From Zootoca vivipara (lineage: Eukaryota), in NCBI RefSeq assembly GCF_963506605.1, contig NC_083281.1, forward strand, positions 434,001 through 498,000: 64,000 bases of DNA. Direction: 5' to 3'. A program made the position numbers and the translations under genes. Shown in pieces: positions 35,625 to 49,619 of the stretch (positions are counted from its first letter, which is position 1; each line of letters starts with the position of its first letter). The notes beneath the pieces are model-generated. The model searched no databases and was not told where the DNA came from. It saw only the letters and a program-made list of their open reading frames with translations.

Positions 35625-37322
35625 AGTGAGGATCCGAACCCAGGCCTCCCTTTTGATTATGTCTATAACCGTCTCTGATTAAATGCAGAATAGTAGAAAC
35701 ATGAATATAAAATATAAATTTCTACCATAGCCCACCCACCAGATCCAGCTCTGTGGAAGGATTAATTCCGAGTAGGTTTTTTCATTCTTTCGCAAACTGA
35801 AATTCCTTCATTTTGCAAGTTGCCATCTTTTTTAAAAGTGATTCGTGGATCCAGCTTTTTGAAATTGGCAAAGGACCGGCTCCTTGTTTTCCCCTCCGGA
35901 AGAAGCGAGGTCATTGCTTTTAATTGGGGAGGGGGCTGCTTCGAAAGAACCCACCCCCCAGGCCAATTCAGCCCCCCTCCAGGTGTGGTCTAGGGGGCTC
36001 TGCCTTCATCTCAGTGCCAGATTTCCTTCCTCCGCTCAGCGCTGCATCTTCCTCAAAGATGGCCCTGGCAACAGACTCTCCCCTCCGGATTGGGCCCGTC
36101 TCTGCATCTCACCCCCCCTTCCCTCCCCAGGCATGGGCACACAGCTGCTCTCCCCCCACCCCCTTTCAGATCTCAGCGGCTTTGTTCGGAGGTGGTCGTC
36201 TTCCTCCTCCTCCTCCTCCTCTCTGCATCCAGGGATTTTTGCAAGGAGAGAACGAGAAAGAGCTTGTCTGGTGCGGAGAGGAGATGTGAGTAAGCGATGC
36301 AGGGGAAATGGGGGGGGGCGCAGAAACATGGGGTGATGATGGGGGGGGATCTGTGGTCCTCCAGAGAACTTTGCATGCCCACATGCGGCCGGTGATGTCT
36401 TGAGCTGTTGCAAATCGCTTTGCCGTGCGGAAAACCCTCCATCAGGATTTGAGCCCCGGAGCCCTCTGGCCTCCTGAACACTCGAATCCGGAAGCATTCC
36501 CTGCCTCTGGAAGCAGAGCACGGGCGCAAGGAGCCCCCCCACTCCACCCCACCCCCGTTCTTTTCTGCCCCGAATCTCCTAGCGTTCCGCTTTGGTTTTT
36601 ATTTCATTGCAATTCAATGCTGCCGTTGCCATTTGTCATTCATTGCAATTTCCTCTCCGTTGCCATTTTTCATTCGTTGCACTGCACAGAATTCCAACGC
36701 TGGAATTCTGCTGGTTCTATCCTGCGAGGCAGTCCGCACGCTCCGGGTCCCTCAATGGAGCCTCCCCTCGCAGTCGCAGTCTACCTGCGATTTCCAAACG
36801 GCTCACCGTGTGGCATCTGATTGGGTGGTGTGGGAAACAGAAACCCAGGATGGACATTTAAAAAAAAAATCCTCTCACCGTCTTTCTTTAAAGCTATGAT
36901 AGGCGCGGGAAGAGCCTTTCCTTCTAGGCCAGGGGCCACGTGGCCTTCCGAGGGCCGCCTGGGCTGGGAGCGAAAGCAATCGAGGCTGACTCTTTGCCCA
37001 CTGAGCAACCTACCCATGAGGTTCACGTGCAATAACACTCCACCCATTTAGCTGGGTTTTCCCGGGGGCTGGGATGGATGACCCTTGGGTCCCAACCCTG
37101 TGCAGTTCTGTGATCCGGGCAAGCAAGCGGCCCAGCCCCTATACACAGGCAGTGGGGCTGCTCTCAGCCCTGGGCTTGATCCAGCCTGACTCCATCTCCT
37201 TGGCTGGTGCAAGAGGGTTAAGCTCCTCTCCCGGCGTCCCACAGGGGGCCCAAAGCCCCACGCTCAGGGCTGGTACCGCCTCCTGCCTCGAATCCTAACC
37301 CGGACTTCTCTTTCCTTGCCAG

Positions 37323-37403
37323 AGCTCAACAGCAGCGGAGGCGAGAGGAAGAGTCTGCCCTAGAACAGAGGACCTGAGCTGAGCCTGGCAGAGGCTCCTC
37401 CAG
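37323..37403 (+). other. Candidate SLC1A6 5' UTR exon (another candidate at 36170-36285)
   Basis: Strong polypyrimidine tract + cag acceptor and CAG|gtaagc donor; the ATG exon has its own acceptor at 38751, so an upstream exon is expected. Confidence 0.45.
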
Positions 37404-38208
37404 GTAAGCCACGGATCTGGGCCGCCCCTCGCCCGTGCCAAGGAGGAGCCCCACTTGGCCACCCAGAGGTGGGTCCGCTCGAGGGGTCCTGGCCCCAGCC
37501 TGTCCAGAGAGGCCAATCTGCTTTGCAGGCGGCTGGTTTTTCAAATCCCAGCTCCCTGTGCCAAGCCGGGTCTTGGCATGCCGGCTGTTGTCCTCAGGTG
37601 CCCTCTCTCCCGGCTGGCGGAGCCTCAGTCTCCCCCTCTGGAAAATGGGCCTGTTGCTTTTCACTCAGAGGTTGCGCCAAGGGGTTTTCTGGGGTTGGGG
37701 GCTGGTTCTGGACGACGGTTTTAATCGGGGTGACCCGATTAGGGCAGAGGCGCAGGCCAGATTCCTGTGTTCCAGCGGGTTGAGCTAAGATGGCCGTCAG
37801 GTCCCTTCCCTGTCAATCATTCTGGGAATCAAGGGGGGGGTTGGACTAGATGATCCCTGGGGAATCCTTTCCACGATTCTACGACTTATCCTAACATTGG
37901 AATGTTAGAAATTAGGTGGTTTTAGCCACTTGAGACAAGAAAAACTTTGCTGCAGGAAGGCTGTCTGCTGAGAAAGATTGATTTTTGGATGCTGAAACAT
38001 GGATTATTATTTTTTACGCCAGCTGATGCCTTGTTCCTGCTTTGTCCCACACAGCAGGGCTGGTTTGTTTTTTAAACCCAGGAGAATGCAGTGCTTGGAT
38101 ATTTCTAATAGATTTTTTTTAATAAAACCCTCGTATTTAATGTTAATCCTTTGGGGCTTTTAAAAGGTATGCATGATATGACCATTCTGAAGGGTCTGTC
38201 AGTAAAGC

Positions 38209-38589
38209 NNNNNNNNNNNNNNNNNNNNNNNNNNNNNNNNNNNNNNNNNNNNNNNNNNNNNNNNNNNNNNNNNNNNNNNNNNNNNNNNNNNNNNNNNNNN
38301 NNNNNNNNNNNNNNNNNNNNNNNNNNNNNNNNNNNNNNNNNNNNNNNNNNNNNNNNNNNNNNNNNNNNNNNNNNNNNNNNNNNNNNNNNNNNNNNNNNNN
38401 NNNNNNNNNNNNNNNNNNNNNNNNNNNNNNNNNNNNNNNNNNNNNNNNNNNNNNNNNNNNNNNNNNNNNNNNNNNNNNNNNNNNNNNNNNNNNNNNNNNN
38501 NNNNNNNNNNNNNNNNNNNNNNNNNNNNNNNNNNNNNNNNNNNNNNNNNNNNNNNNNNNNNNNNNNNNNNNNNNNNNNNNNNNNNNNNN
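38209..38589. other. Assembly gap
   Basis: Run of N. Confidence 0.99.
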
Positions 38590-38779
38590 GTTTTAGGCAC
38601 AGATTCCATTTCCCACCCCGCTTCTCCCCGCTGGATCCCCCAACCCCCCTTGCGAGGTAGGCCAGGCTCCCCCCCCTGTGGGTTTTGGCGGGTCAGCCAG
38701 CTTTGGCTGCATTCCTCCCCCCTCGCTCTCTGCTCCTTCTCCCCCCCCCAGGTGCCCGGGGTGCTGAGCCGCCCCTGAG

Positions 38780-38999
38780 ATGGGTGAGCGCCAGGCTCGC
38801 GCCAACAGCCTGTTCCTGAACGAGGAGGAGTCCAAGGCGCTAGGGCCGGGGGGCAGCCGGGCGCAGCGCCTCCGCCATGCCCTCCGGAAGAGGGCGGCCC
38901 GGGCGCAAGCCAGGATGTACGGCGTCACCCGGGCGAGCGTGCGGAGTTGCCTGCAGAAGAATGCCTTCGTCCTGCTCACCGTCACGGCTGTCCTTCTGG
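38780..38999 (+). CDS. SLC1A6: Excitatory amino acid transporter 4 first coding exon
   Basis: MGERQARANSLFLNEE...QRLRHALRKRA...KNAFVLLTVTAVLL G|gtaag; the NSLFL..QRL..L N-terminus is characteristic of EAAT4. Confidence 0.92.
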
Positions 39000-41058
39000 G
39001 TAAGGGGGCGCAAGGGGGGTCCCTGCATATCCTCAGATGGGCGTCTTTGGGGTGCCAGTGGGGCCGAATACCACCCTGCAGAGCTCCTTGCTATCCCCAG
39101 AAAGCCCTGGTTTTGTCCAGAGCGGAACGGTGGAACTCCCCGCTGCAGGATCGGGGAAATTTGTGGCGCGCACGGCTTCTCGCGACAAAATTGCAATGGG
39201 GGGAATCGAGGCACGGGCCAGGATCTTTGCTGGAGAGCGGTGGGCTCTTTTCGGAGGAAAGGGCTATTGCCGAATGAAATCGCGATCAGGATTCGAATCA
39301 TGGGCCAGGGAAGGAGAAGAAATAAATGGTTGGCGACAGAGGATAAATGGCAGTGGAATGCTGTACTGTGAACAGCAAAGGAAGGAGGGGGAAAGAAGCA
39401 TCTCTTGGGTGTGGAAAGTCCATTTTTAAATTGGTGGTGAATTCAAATTAATTTGCTGTTAATTTTGGAAAACTTAGGGGAAATGAATTGCCCCCCCAAA
39501 AGAAAATAAATGGCAGTTATGGCAGCCGATAAAGAAATTATCTGAAAGAAATGATCACACTGAAAAGGATTTGAATAATGTCAATTTTTGTGTAAAAAAA
39601 TTAAAATTTGTATATTAAAAAAAATGGACGAGTGGTTTTGGGGCAGCTAGGAAGTTGCTGGCCTCTGAACTCCCAGCATGCACCTGGTTGGCTGCCCCCC
39701 GTTTCATATCATGATTGTCGGTGTAACAGACAAGGGTGGCCCCCGAGCATGCGCAGAGTGCCTGGCCACCACTACTTCATGCTTCTTGAGCCGGATGTGC
39801 TGGCAGGGCACTCTGCGTATGTGCAGGGGGGGCCTCACACGCACAACCCCCTTCAAGGCAGGAATCTTTAGCCCAACCCCTGACCCCAAGAGTCCCCTGC
39901 TCTAACCACTGAGCCATTCCACCGCTGCTCTGAAAGGGCATCGTCACTAGGAAGAACCAGGCGGGGGTGGTGGTTAAACTACTTCTTTAACATCTGACCC
40001 CCTCCAAGCCACAACGTGACCACCTAAAATCGACTCCCTCTGGGGTTGGGATGGATGGCCTTTGGGGAACCCATCCCAATTCAAGCCTGTGGTTGTTTAA
40101 CCCCCTTGTGGCCAATCAAAGAACTGCAGCCAGGGCATCTGGCTGGGTTTCCCCAGCCACTCTGGACGGCTCCCAATCAAATATTAAAAACACAATACAG
40201 TACAGCATTAAACATTAAAAACTTCCCTAAACCAGGTGGTACAGTCCTCCTGGGAAGGGCTATAGCATTTAAAATAAATATATTTTTTTAAAAACGCTCC
40301 CCCATGCAGGTAGCAGGCTGTGGGGCTCAGAGGAAAACCTAAGGCTCGAGGTTCCAAATCTGCCCCCTGGAAATCAGATAATGTGCTTTCTTTCTTTCAA
40401 TCCAGTATACGTAGCTCAATCGGCACGAAACTCGATCTCAGGGTCACGAGTTCGAATGCTGCGTTTGGGGGAAAGGATTCCTAGATCATAGAATCATAGA
40501 ATCGTAGAGTTGGAAGAGACCACAAGGGCCATCCAGTCCAACCCCCTGCCGAGCAGGAAACACCATCAAAGCATTAGATTGCAGGGGGTTGGACTAGATG
40601 AGCCTGCGGGGTCCCTTCTGGGAGATCTGGACGTCGGGGAAGGCTTCTGCCTGCTTTGCGTGTGTGGGTCAGATTAAGCCGGTCACGAGCTGCTTGCAGG
40701 GTGACGCCAAATAGCTCCGGGTTCCGGAAAAAAATAAAAATTAAAAAGAGAGAGAAAGAGCCAGAAAAATTTGCAAGGATTACAGAGGATTGGGGGGTTG
40801 GGGTGGGAACTCTAGCAAGCTGCAGAGAGGAGATCTGCTTCGCTCTCTCCGCTTGCAAGATCTCAAAAAAGAATGATATATTTTCTTCAAAAGTTTATTT
40901 TTAAACTTTTTATTTATTTATTTAAGTTTTGCATTTCCTAATCCAGTCTCTTTGCAGTTCATCTCAATTTCACGCGTTTTTAAAACATTATCATTCCTTC
41001 CCCGAATTTGTTCCACCTGGTTTGGGAATTAATTGGCTTGGAGGGAAAGAATTGCATG

Positions 41059-41062
<4 letters not shown>

Positions 41063-41122
<60 letters not shown>
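41063..41122. repeat. (CT)n microsatellite
   Basis: Direct reading. Confidence 0.95.
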
Positions 41123-41130
<8 letters not shown>

Positions 41131-41302
41131 TTAAAAAAGGAAAATATTTAAGCTCTTCTTTAAATATCTCCCCTCCCCCCTTTTAAGTACCGTATACACA
41201 AGCTGCACTTCCGTGAAGGGAAATTGTTAATGTTTTTAATATTCTATTGGGAGCCGCCCAGAGTGGCTGGGGAAACCCAGCCAGATGGGCGAGGTATAAT
41301 AA

Positions 41303-41346
<44 letters not shown>

Positions 41347-41682
41347 GCAGGTCAAAGGCGGACAAGAAAACCCAGCCGATATTCACGAAACACAATTAAA
41401 AATTTGATAAATAGTCTGGGTTTCTGAGCTTTGTGGGCCCACATCTAAATTGGCTGCAGAAGGGATTTCAGCGACTTTGCTCAACCTGTCCAACTCACAG
41501 GGTTAGATCCAGGACTCCGCTTCCCATCAGCCCCGGCGAGTGCGGTCAGGGGACCATGGGAGTTGTAGTCCGCCTCTTGCTCCGAGATTCCCCGGTGGCA
41601 CTCTGCACATGGCTCCGGGAGCTCTCGACCCGCTATTCAAGTGCCGGGAGCAAATTTCTGTGCCCCTCCTTCCGCCCCGCAG

Positions 41683-41820
41683 GGATCACCTTGGCGATGG
41701 CCCTGCGGCCCTACAAGTTGACCTTCCGCCAGGTGAAGTACTTCTCCTTCCCCGGGGAGCTGCTGATGCGAATGCTGCAGATGTTGGTCCTGCCCCTCAT
41801 CGTCTCCAGCCTGATCACAG
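41683..41820 (+). CDS. SLC1A6: SLC1A6 coding exon 2
   Basis: [46 protein letters not shown]; AG/GT boundaries. Confidence 0.95.
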
Positions 41821-41969
41821 GTGAGCTGCTGCACCTGGAGGGCTTCTGCCTTGCCGGACGCTAACCCTGCGGGGTGGGCCAGGGCGTGGTCTTTTTGCAG
41901 CCTGGTCTGCACTCATTTGCACGGGGAAAACACGGGTGTCAATAAATGTGTGTGTGTGTGTGTGTGTAA

Positions 41970-42460
41970 TATAAATATTTCAATATAAATATTGGATTTG
42001 GATTTAATTACTTATATTTAAATATTCACTTTAAATTTGAATTTAATTACTTATGTTTAAATATTTACTCTGAAATTGAATTTTGATTTTGAATACAAGT
42101 ACTTTTAATTTGAATTTAATTGCTTATATTTAAACATTTACTTTTAATTTGAATTTAATTGCTTATATTTAAACATTTACTTTTAATTTGAATTTAATTG
42201 CTTTCATTTAAATACTTTGAATTTCAATTTGAATTTCATTACCGGTACTTATATTTACAAATTTACTTGGCATTTGAATTCCAAATTTGAATTTAATTAC
42301 TTATATTTAAATATTTGCCTTGGATTTCAATTTCAAATTTGAATTTCATTACTTACATTTAAACATTTGTTTTGAATTTGAATTTCATTACTTACATTTA
42401 AAACATTTATTTTGAATTCGAATTTCAAATTTCAATTTGATTTCAAATTCAAATAAATAT
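41970..42460. repeat. AT-rich degenerate minisatellite (TTTGAATTTAATTACTTATATTTAAA...)
   Basis: Periodic ~35-50-bp AT-rich units in an SLC1A6 intron. Confidence 0.8.
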
Positions 42461-42737
42461 GTATACTCCTGCGTACAAGACTACTTTTTAACCCAGGAAA
42501 ATCTTCTCAAAAGTTGGGGATCGTCTTATACGCCGGGTCGTATTTCTTATATGGCGAGTATATCCCAAACTCTATATTTTAACTGGAAAAGTCGGGGGTC
42601 GTCTTATACGCCGGAATATACATAGTTTTTCCCAACTCCGCATGCTTGATCTTGAGCCGCCGCCGCTCGGCCTGTGTCTTGTCTCTGGAGAGCCTTCTCC
42701 CTCCCCGAATCTCCAGCTCCTTTGTCCCACCCCGCAG

Positions 42738-42942
42738 GCATGGCGTCGCTGGACGGCAGCGCCTCGGGGAAGATGGGCTTCCGCGCCGTCGTCTATTACA
42801 CGGCGACCACCTTGATAGCCGTCTTCATTGGCATATTTATGGTCCTCATCATCCACCCCGGGAAAGGCAGCAAGGACACCCTCCACCGCGAGGGAACCGT
42901 CGAGCAGGTCCACACCACCGACGCCTTCCTGGACCTCGTCCG
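42738..42942 (+). CDS. SLC1A6: SLC1A6 coding exon 3
   Basis: [21 protein letters not shown]...IIHPGKGSK...DAFLDLVR. Confidence 0.95.
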
Positions 42943-43117
42943 GTGAGTGGGAGGAGCTCTAAGATCCTAGAACTGTAAAGCCAAAAGGGACCCTGCGGGG
43001 TCATCCATCCCAACCCCCCTGAAAAGCAGGAATCACAGCTGAACCATCCCGGGCAGGAAGCCCACCTGCTTGGCGGCGGGAAGATAATCTGGTTTTCTTT
43101 CCCCCTTCCGTCCGCAG

Positions 43118-43160
43118 GAACATGTTCCCCCCGAACCTGGTGGAGGCCTGCTTCAGACAG
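43118..43160 (+). CDS. SLC1A6: SLC1A6 coding exon 4
   Basis: NMFPPNLVEACFRQ|gtaag, 43 bp. Confidence 0.95.
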
Positions 43161-43591
43161 GTAAGAGGGGCGCAGCTGGGCGGGTTCCTCCCCCCGAGAG
43201 GATCTGGCTCGGACTTAAGGGTGTTGCTGCCGGCCAGTGTAGGTGAGACTGGTGGACCAAGCCACAGTCTCCCGAGTTTGTATTCAATTTACCCCTTGAT
43301 TCAGATTCACGGGTAGGGGATCTTTTTGCTCTCCGAGAAGCCTGGAGAGCTGCTGCTGCCGGCCAGTGTGGGCCACACTGAGCTTGATGGGTCGGGGAGC
43401 AGATTCCTGAGTCTGCATTAAATGAGTCCCTTGATTCAGATTCACGAGGACCAGATCCTTCCTCTCTTGGGCTCAGTACTAGATCAGGAGCCTGAAACCC
43501 TGGAGGGCCGCTGCTGCCAGCCAGTGCAGGCACTATGGGCTTTTCTGGTTTTGTATCCAATCCACGCTACGTTTTTCCTCTCCCCCTGCAG

Positions 43592-43983
43592 TACAAGACC
43601 CAGTACAGCGTCAGAGTCATCAACCGGACCCTGGCCGAGGCAGCCCCCACCGCTGCCCCCCAGGCCTTGCCCCACAACAGCAACAGCAGCACCGCCCTGG
43701 CCTCGCCCCCCTCGCTGCTGCTAACCCCCGCGGCTCCTGAGAACACCACCGGCGTCTGGCGCAATGTCTCCCAGGCGCTGGGCGCCCTCCCGGAGGTGCT
43801 GAGCTACGAAGAGGTGATCCCGGGCGCCGGGTCGGTCAACGGGGTCAACGCCCTGGGGCTGGTGGTCTTCTCCATCTGCTTCGGCCTGGTCATCGGCAAC
43901 ATGAAGCAGAAGGGGCTGCCCCTGCGGGAGTTTTTCGACTGCCTCAACGAGGCCATCCTCCGCATGGTGGCCATCATCATCTG
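43592..43983 (+). CDS. SLC1A6: SLC1A6 coding exon 5 (large extracellular loop)
   Basis: YKTQYSVRVINRT...GSVNGVNALGLVVFSICFGLVIGNM...ILRMVAIIIW. Confidence 0.95.
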
Positions 43984-44663
43984 GTGAGCGTCGCACGGGG
44001 ATCTCCGGGTCGTGGGTTCGGGTCCTGCACCAGGCATGGCAGTGGGGTTGGGATGGATGACCTCTGGGGACGCCTCGTGACTCTACGATTCCGCAATCGG
44101 TCTGCGACTTCAGGCCAGGCCAGTCGGTAGAGCGTGAGACTCCCTTCCTCTCGGTGTTGTGGGTATGAGCCCCACGTTGGTTCTAGCTCCACCTCCTTGC
44201 GTTGCCCAACCTCAGACTCGAACCCAGCACCCCGAGTTTAAGAACCTTAATCTCTGCCAACCTCAAAGCAGTTTACAAAAAAAAACCAAAACAAAACTCA
44301 AAGCAGTTCAAAGAAACAAAATATAATTCTCCGTAAAAAGAACCGTTCTTAAAAAAAATAATTAAAATCAACCTGGTGTGTTGGTGCTGCCCAAGGCAGA
44401 TTCCTAAGTCAATTGCCCTCATGAGGACTAGAGCCAGTGCTTTTTTCTGGGGGTACACATACCCCTAAACATGTTGTGAATTTATGTTTTATCCTCATCT
44501 TGGTATGAGGAAGCAATGTATCCCTATATACGGAATTATTCAAGACGCAAGCAAATCTTAGTACAGTAATGGGACCTTGTTTCATTAAGTAATTGCTACA
44601 GTACGTTGATTATCGCTTTCATTTTATGGATCAACGGTCTCGTTAGATAGTAAAATTCATGTT

Positions 44664-45215
44664 ATTTTTTAAAATGTTTTTTATTTATTTCAATCTTTAA
44701 ATATCATACACATAAGTCGCATATATTCTTTTTACAAGAAAAAGAGATAAAAGAAGTAAAAAGATATTTCATTGTTATATACAAAAAAATTTCACATTCA
44801 AAGAAAAAGGTGTAAAAGGAAGAAAGAAAAAAACAAACAAATATAAAAAAGAAAAAAAGAAAAAAAAGGTCTTCCAATCATATCCTACGTAGTTTGTATT
44901 TATCCGTCATATTTTACTTCTATATTCTCTTCCTTTAAGCTTCAACTTGGTTCAATTCTAGTCTGCCTTCAGGATTTGGTTACTTCATTCATTGATATAT
45001 AATCATCAAAAATCCTCCACTCCTTTTTTATTTTTTGTTTTGATTGCCCTCTAATTTTTCCAGCGACTTTTGCTAGCTGTGAATATTCCTTCATTAAAAT
45101 TTGCCAATCTGTTATATTTGGTGCATTCTTATTTTTCCAGTTTCTTGCGATCAAAACTCTTGCAGCTAAATACCGTACATAAGTAATATTCTATTTGCAT
45201 TCTTAATATCTTCCG
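44664..45215 (-). mobile_element. L1-type LINE 3' fragment with 14-bp TSD
   Basis: IARNWK...P.I.DW...W..F ORF2 C-terminus; GTAAAATTCATGTT at 44650-44663 and 45216-45229; A-rich tail. Confidence 0.8.
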
Positions 45216-45591
45216 GTAAAATTCATGTTCAATGGCTGTTTTAGGGCTTGTCTTTAAAAGCCTGGAACGGATCAGGCATCCCCAAACTTCGGCCCTCCAG
45301 ATGTTTTGGACTACAATTCCCATCATCCCTGACCACTGTTCCTGTTAGCTAGGGATCATGGGAGTTGTAGGCCAAAACATCTGGAGGGCCGCAGTTTGGG
45401 GATGCCTAGATTAATCCGTTTTGCATTCCTTTCTATGGGAAAGCGCTGCCTTGCTTTTGGAACGCTTTGGTTACGGAACGGATTAAGTCTGGGAACCAAG
45501 GTAGCTCTGTACCTGTATTAGAAGTTGGCTGGTGCCGAGGTTCCTGCTGTTTCTGACCCCACCTGCATGGGGCGCCCTTCTCCCCCCCCAG

Positions 45592-45825
45592 GTATGCCCC
45601 AATTGGGATCCTCTTCCTGATCGCGGGCAAGATCTTGGAGATGGACGACCTGGCGGTGATGGGCGGCCAGCTGGGCATGTACACTCTGACGGTCATTGTG
45701 GGGCTGCTGGTCCACGGCCTCGTAGTCCTGCCCCTCATCTACTTCGCCGTCACCCGCAAGAACCCCTGGCGCTTCATAGGCGGCCTCCTACAGGCCCTCG
45801 TCACCGCGTTCGGGACGTCCTCCAG
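45592..45825 (+). CDS. SLC1A6: SLC1A6 coding exon 6
   Basis: [38 protein letters not shown]...AFGTSS (HP1 serine-rich motif). Confidence 0.95.
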
Positions 45826-46531
45826 GTAAGCGGGCGCTGAGCAGCCGCCAAGGGCCGTTTCTGGGACCCCGGGGGCCGGGTTCCTGGTTTGGGGTGTGTG
45901 TGTGTGTGTGCCGCCCTTCCTGGATCAGGCTGCCCATTTGGGCCAGGAGAGGGAGTGTGGCTGAGTGGTTAGAACGCCAGCGTTCAGGACCTCCTCCAGG
46001 TCAGTGGGCGTTGAGCGGCCACCAAGGCCCCCCCCCAGGGCTCTTTCCGGAGTAGATTCCTGGTTTGGGGGTGTGTGCCGCCCTTCCTGGCACCCCTTCC
46101 CCAAATCCTCGGCTCTTCTGCCTTTCCCATATTGTGATACGTTACAGGCAAGGAACGAGAGCAGGCAGCAACGAATCGTTCTCCCCATGGCATAGCTGCC
46201 AAGTTTTCCCTTTTCTCGCGAGGAAGCCTATTCAGCATAAGGGAAAATCCCTGTAAAAAAGGGATAACTTGGCAGCTATGCCCCATGGTGACAATCTTGC
46301 ACGAAATAAGCAGGATCCGAACTCGTGCCTCTCTCCCCACCATAGCGTTTCTGGGACCCCGGGCGGATTCCCGGTTTGGGGGGGTGCGCCACCCTTCCCA
46401 GCACCCTGAACGGATCAGGTGTCTTATACATGGGGGGCATCTCCGCCCCATTTTCTTAAATTGGACTCCCAAAAAATAGGGTGCTTCTTATACATGGGGG
46501 CGTCTTATAGATGGAAAAGTACTGCATATAA

Positions 46532-46588
46532 TATCATATCATATCATATCATATCATATCATATCATATCATATCATATCACATCATA
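46532..46588. repeat. (ATATC)n microsatellite
   Basis: Direct reading. Confidence 0.9.
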
Positions 46589-46815
46589 TTGTCTATAGAG
46601 ATTCGGAGAAATCTCATCTTACGGGTATGCATTTGGCGTTTGTAATTGATTTGCATTTGTAAAACCAAATAAAAATGATTTCAGCGAATAGGCAATAAAT
46701 CACAAGGCAGCAAAAAATAAAAATAAAACCTTAAAGATTGCTCAATTTTGGAGGGAGGTGTTGCAAAAAAAAATATGAGCTCAACAAGTTTTGTGTCCCG
46801 GTTTTCACTTTTTGA

Positions 46816-47577
<762 letters not shown>

Positions 47578-48152
47578 TACGTCTAAGCTCAACAAGCTCT
47601 AACTTAGGGCCCCACTTTCTTGCCCCCCCCCAAAAAAACCCACTGGATGCACATTTCCAAAATATAAGATAAAAAAACAAATATGTGCAAATGGTTTGAG
47701 ATACCTATGAGTTCCATAAATCACAATATAGCATCTATTCAACACAAAAACCAGTGGCAATTTGCTGATGACAACGGACAGCTGGACATAGAAAGGGCCC
47801 CATTACCTTCAGGAGCTGAGGGCCGCATCAAACCTCAATCTGGCCCTGTGCGTGTGCGAAAGAGGGGCTCGATTTGTCCTCCTCCTCCTCCGACGCCCCT
47901 GCGAGGAAGGTTTCCTGCGGTTGCCGCTGCTTCAGACACACCACAATGTGCAAAACAAGGGTTCCTGTTCCCCACGAACCCTGAAATTCACGCTCGTGAA
48001 GCATTTTATTTTAACGATCCAATTTAGAATTTTAAAAAATCAGATTTAATTTTTTAAAAATCCTTGGTTTTTATCCACCCTGGTTAACTGTGTGGCGCAT
48101 GTCCTTTAAATGACCGGCTGCAGAATCTGGCTGGTTTCGAAGCGCCTTTTGA

Positions 48153-48407
<255 letters not shown>

Positions 48408-48892
48408 TAAGTCCCTGCGAGGTGGGAAGGGGTGAGGCTGCCTGCCTGGGCTGCAGGAATTAATGTTTATTTCATTTTTTTAAATGAGATTTTGCAGATA
48501 GGAATCGTGAGGCTTTCTCGACACCTTTGGCCCCAAACTGCGCCCGCGGCCTGGGAGAGAGTCAGAGAGACAGCTTTTATTTCCAGGGAAGGACCCTGAG
48601 TTTCTAGTCCTCCGGTTTCTGGACTTCGGTGCCCTTATTTTTCAGGGAAGGATCCCACCTTTCTAGCCCTTAGGGTGCACTTGAAATAGGAGCATAGGAA
48701 GCTGTCTTGTATCGAGTCCACTCAGTAGAAGGGGACCCCGGGGGTCATCAAGTCTGACCCCCCTGCAATGCAGGAACCTCAACTAAAGCATCCATGGCAG
48801 GTGGCCTTCTGACCTCTGCTTAAAAAAACCTCCAAGGAAGGAGAGCCCACTACCTTCCATCCCAAACAACTCTGACTACCAGAAAGTAGTCA

Positions 48893-49617
48893 AAAAAATG
48901 AAAGGCACAAATACAGGATGGGAGACACCTGGCTTAACAGCAGTACATGTGAAAAGGATCTAGGAGTCTTGGTAGACCACAAACTTGACATGAGTCAGCA
49001 GTGTGATGCGGCAGCTAAAAAAGCCAATGCAATTCTGGGCTGCATCAATAGGAGTATAGCATCTAGATCAAGGGAAGTAATAGTACCACTGTATTCTGCT
49101 CTGGTCAGACCTCACCTGGAGTACTGTGTCCAGTTCTGGGCACCACAGTTCAAGAAGGATACTGACAATCTGGAACGTGTCCAGAGGAGGGCAACCAAAA
49201 TGGTCAAAGGCCTGGAAACGATGCCTTATGAGGAACAACTTAGGGAGCTGGGTATGTTTAGCCTGGAGAAGAGAAGGTTAAGGGGTGATATGATAGCCAT
49301 GTTCAAATATATAAAAGGATGTCATATAGAGGAGGGGGAAAGGTTGATTTCTGCTGCTCCAGAGAAGCGGACACAGAGCAATGGATTCAAACTACAAGAA
49401 AGAAGATTCCACCTAAACATTAGGAAGAACTTCCTGACCTTAAGAGCTGTTCGGCAGTGGAATTTGCTGCCAAGGAGTGTGGTGGAGTCTCCTTCTTTGG
49501 AGGTCTTTAAGCATAGGCTTGACAGGCATATGTCAGGAATGCTTTGATGGTGTTTCCTGCTTGGCAGGGGGTTGGACTGGATGGCCCTTGTGGTCTCTTC
49601 CAGCTCCATGATTCTAT
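48893..49617 (+). mobile_element. CR1 LINE 3' fragment
   Basis: 209-aa open CR1 ORF2 C-terminus and tail. Confidence 0.92.
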
Positions 49618-49619
49618 GA

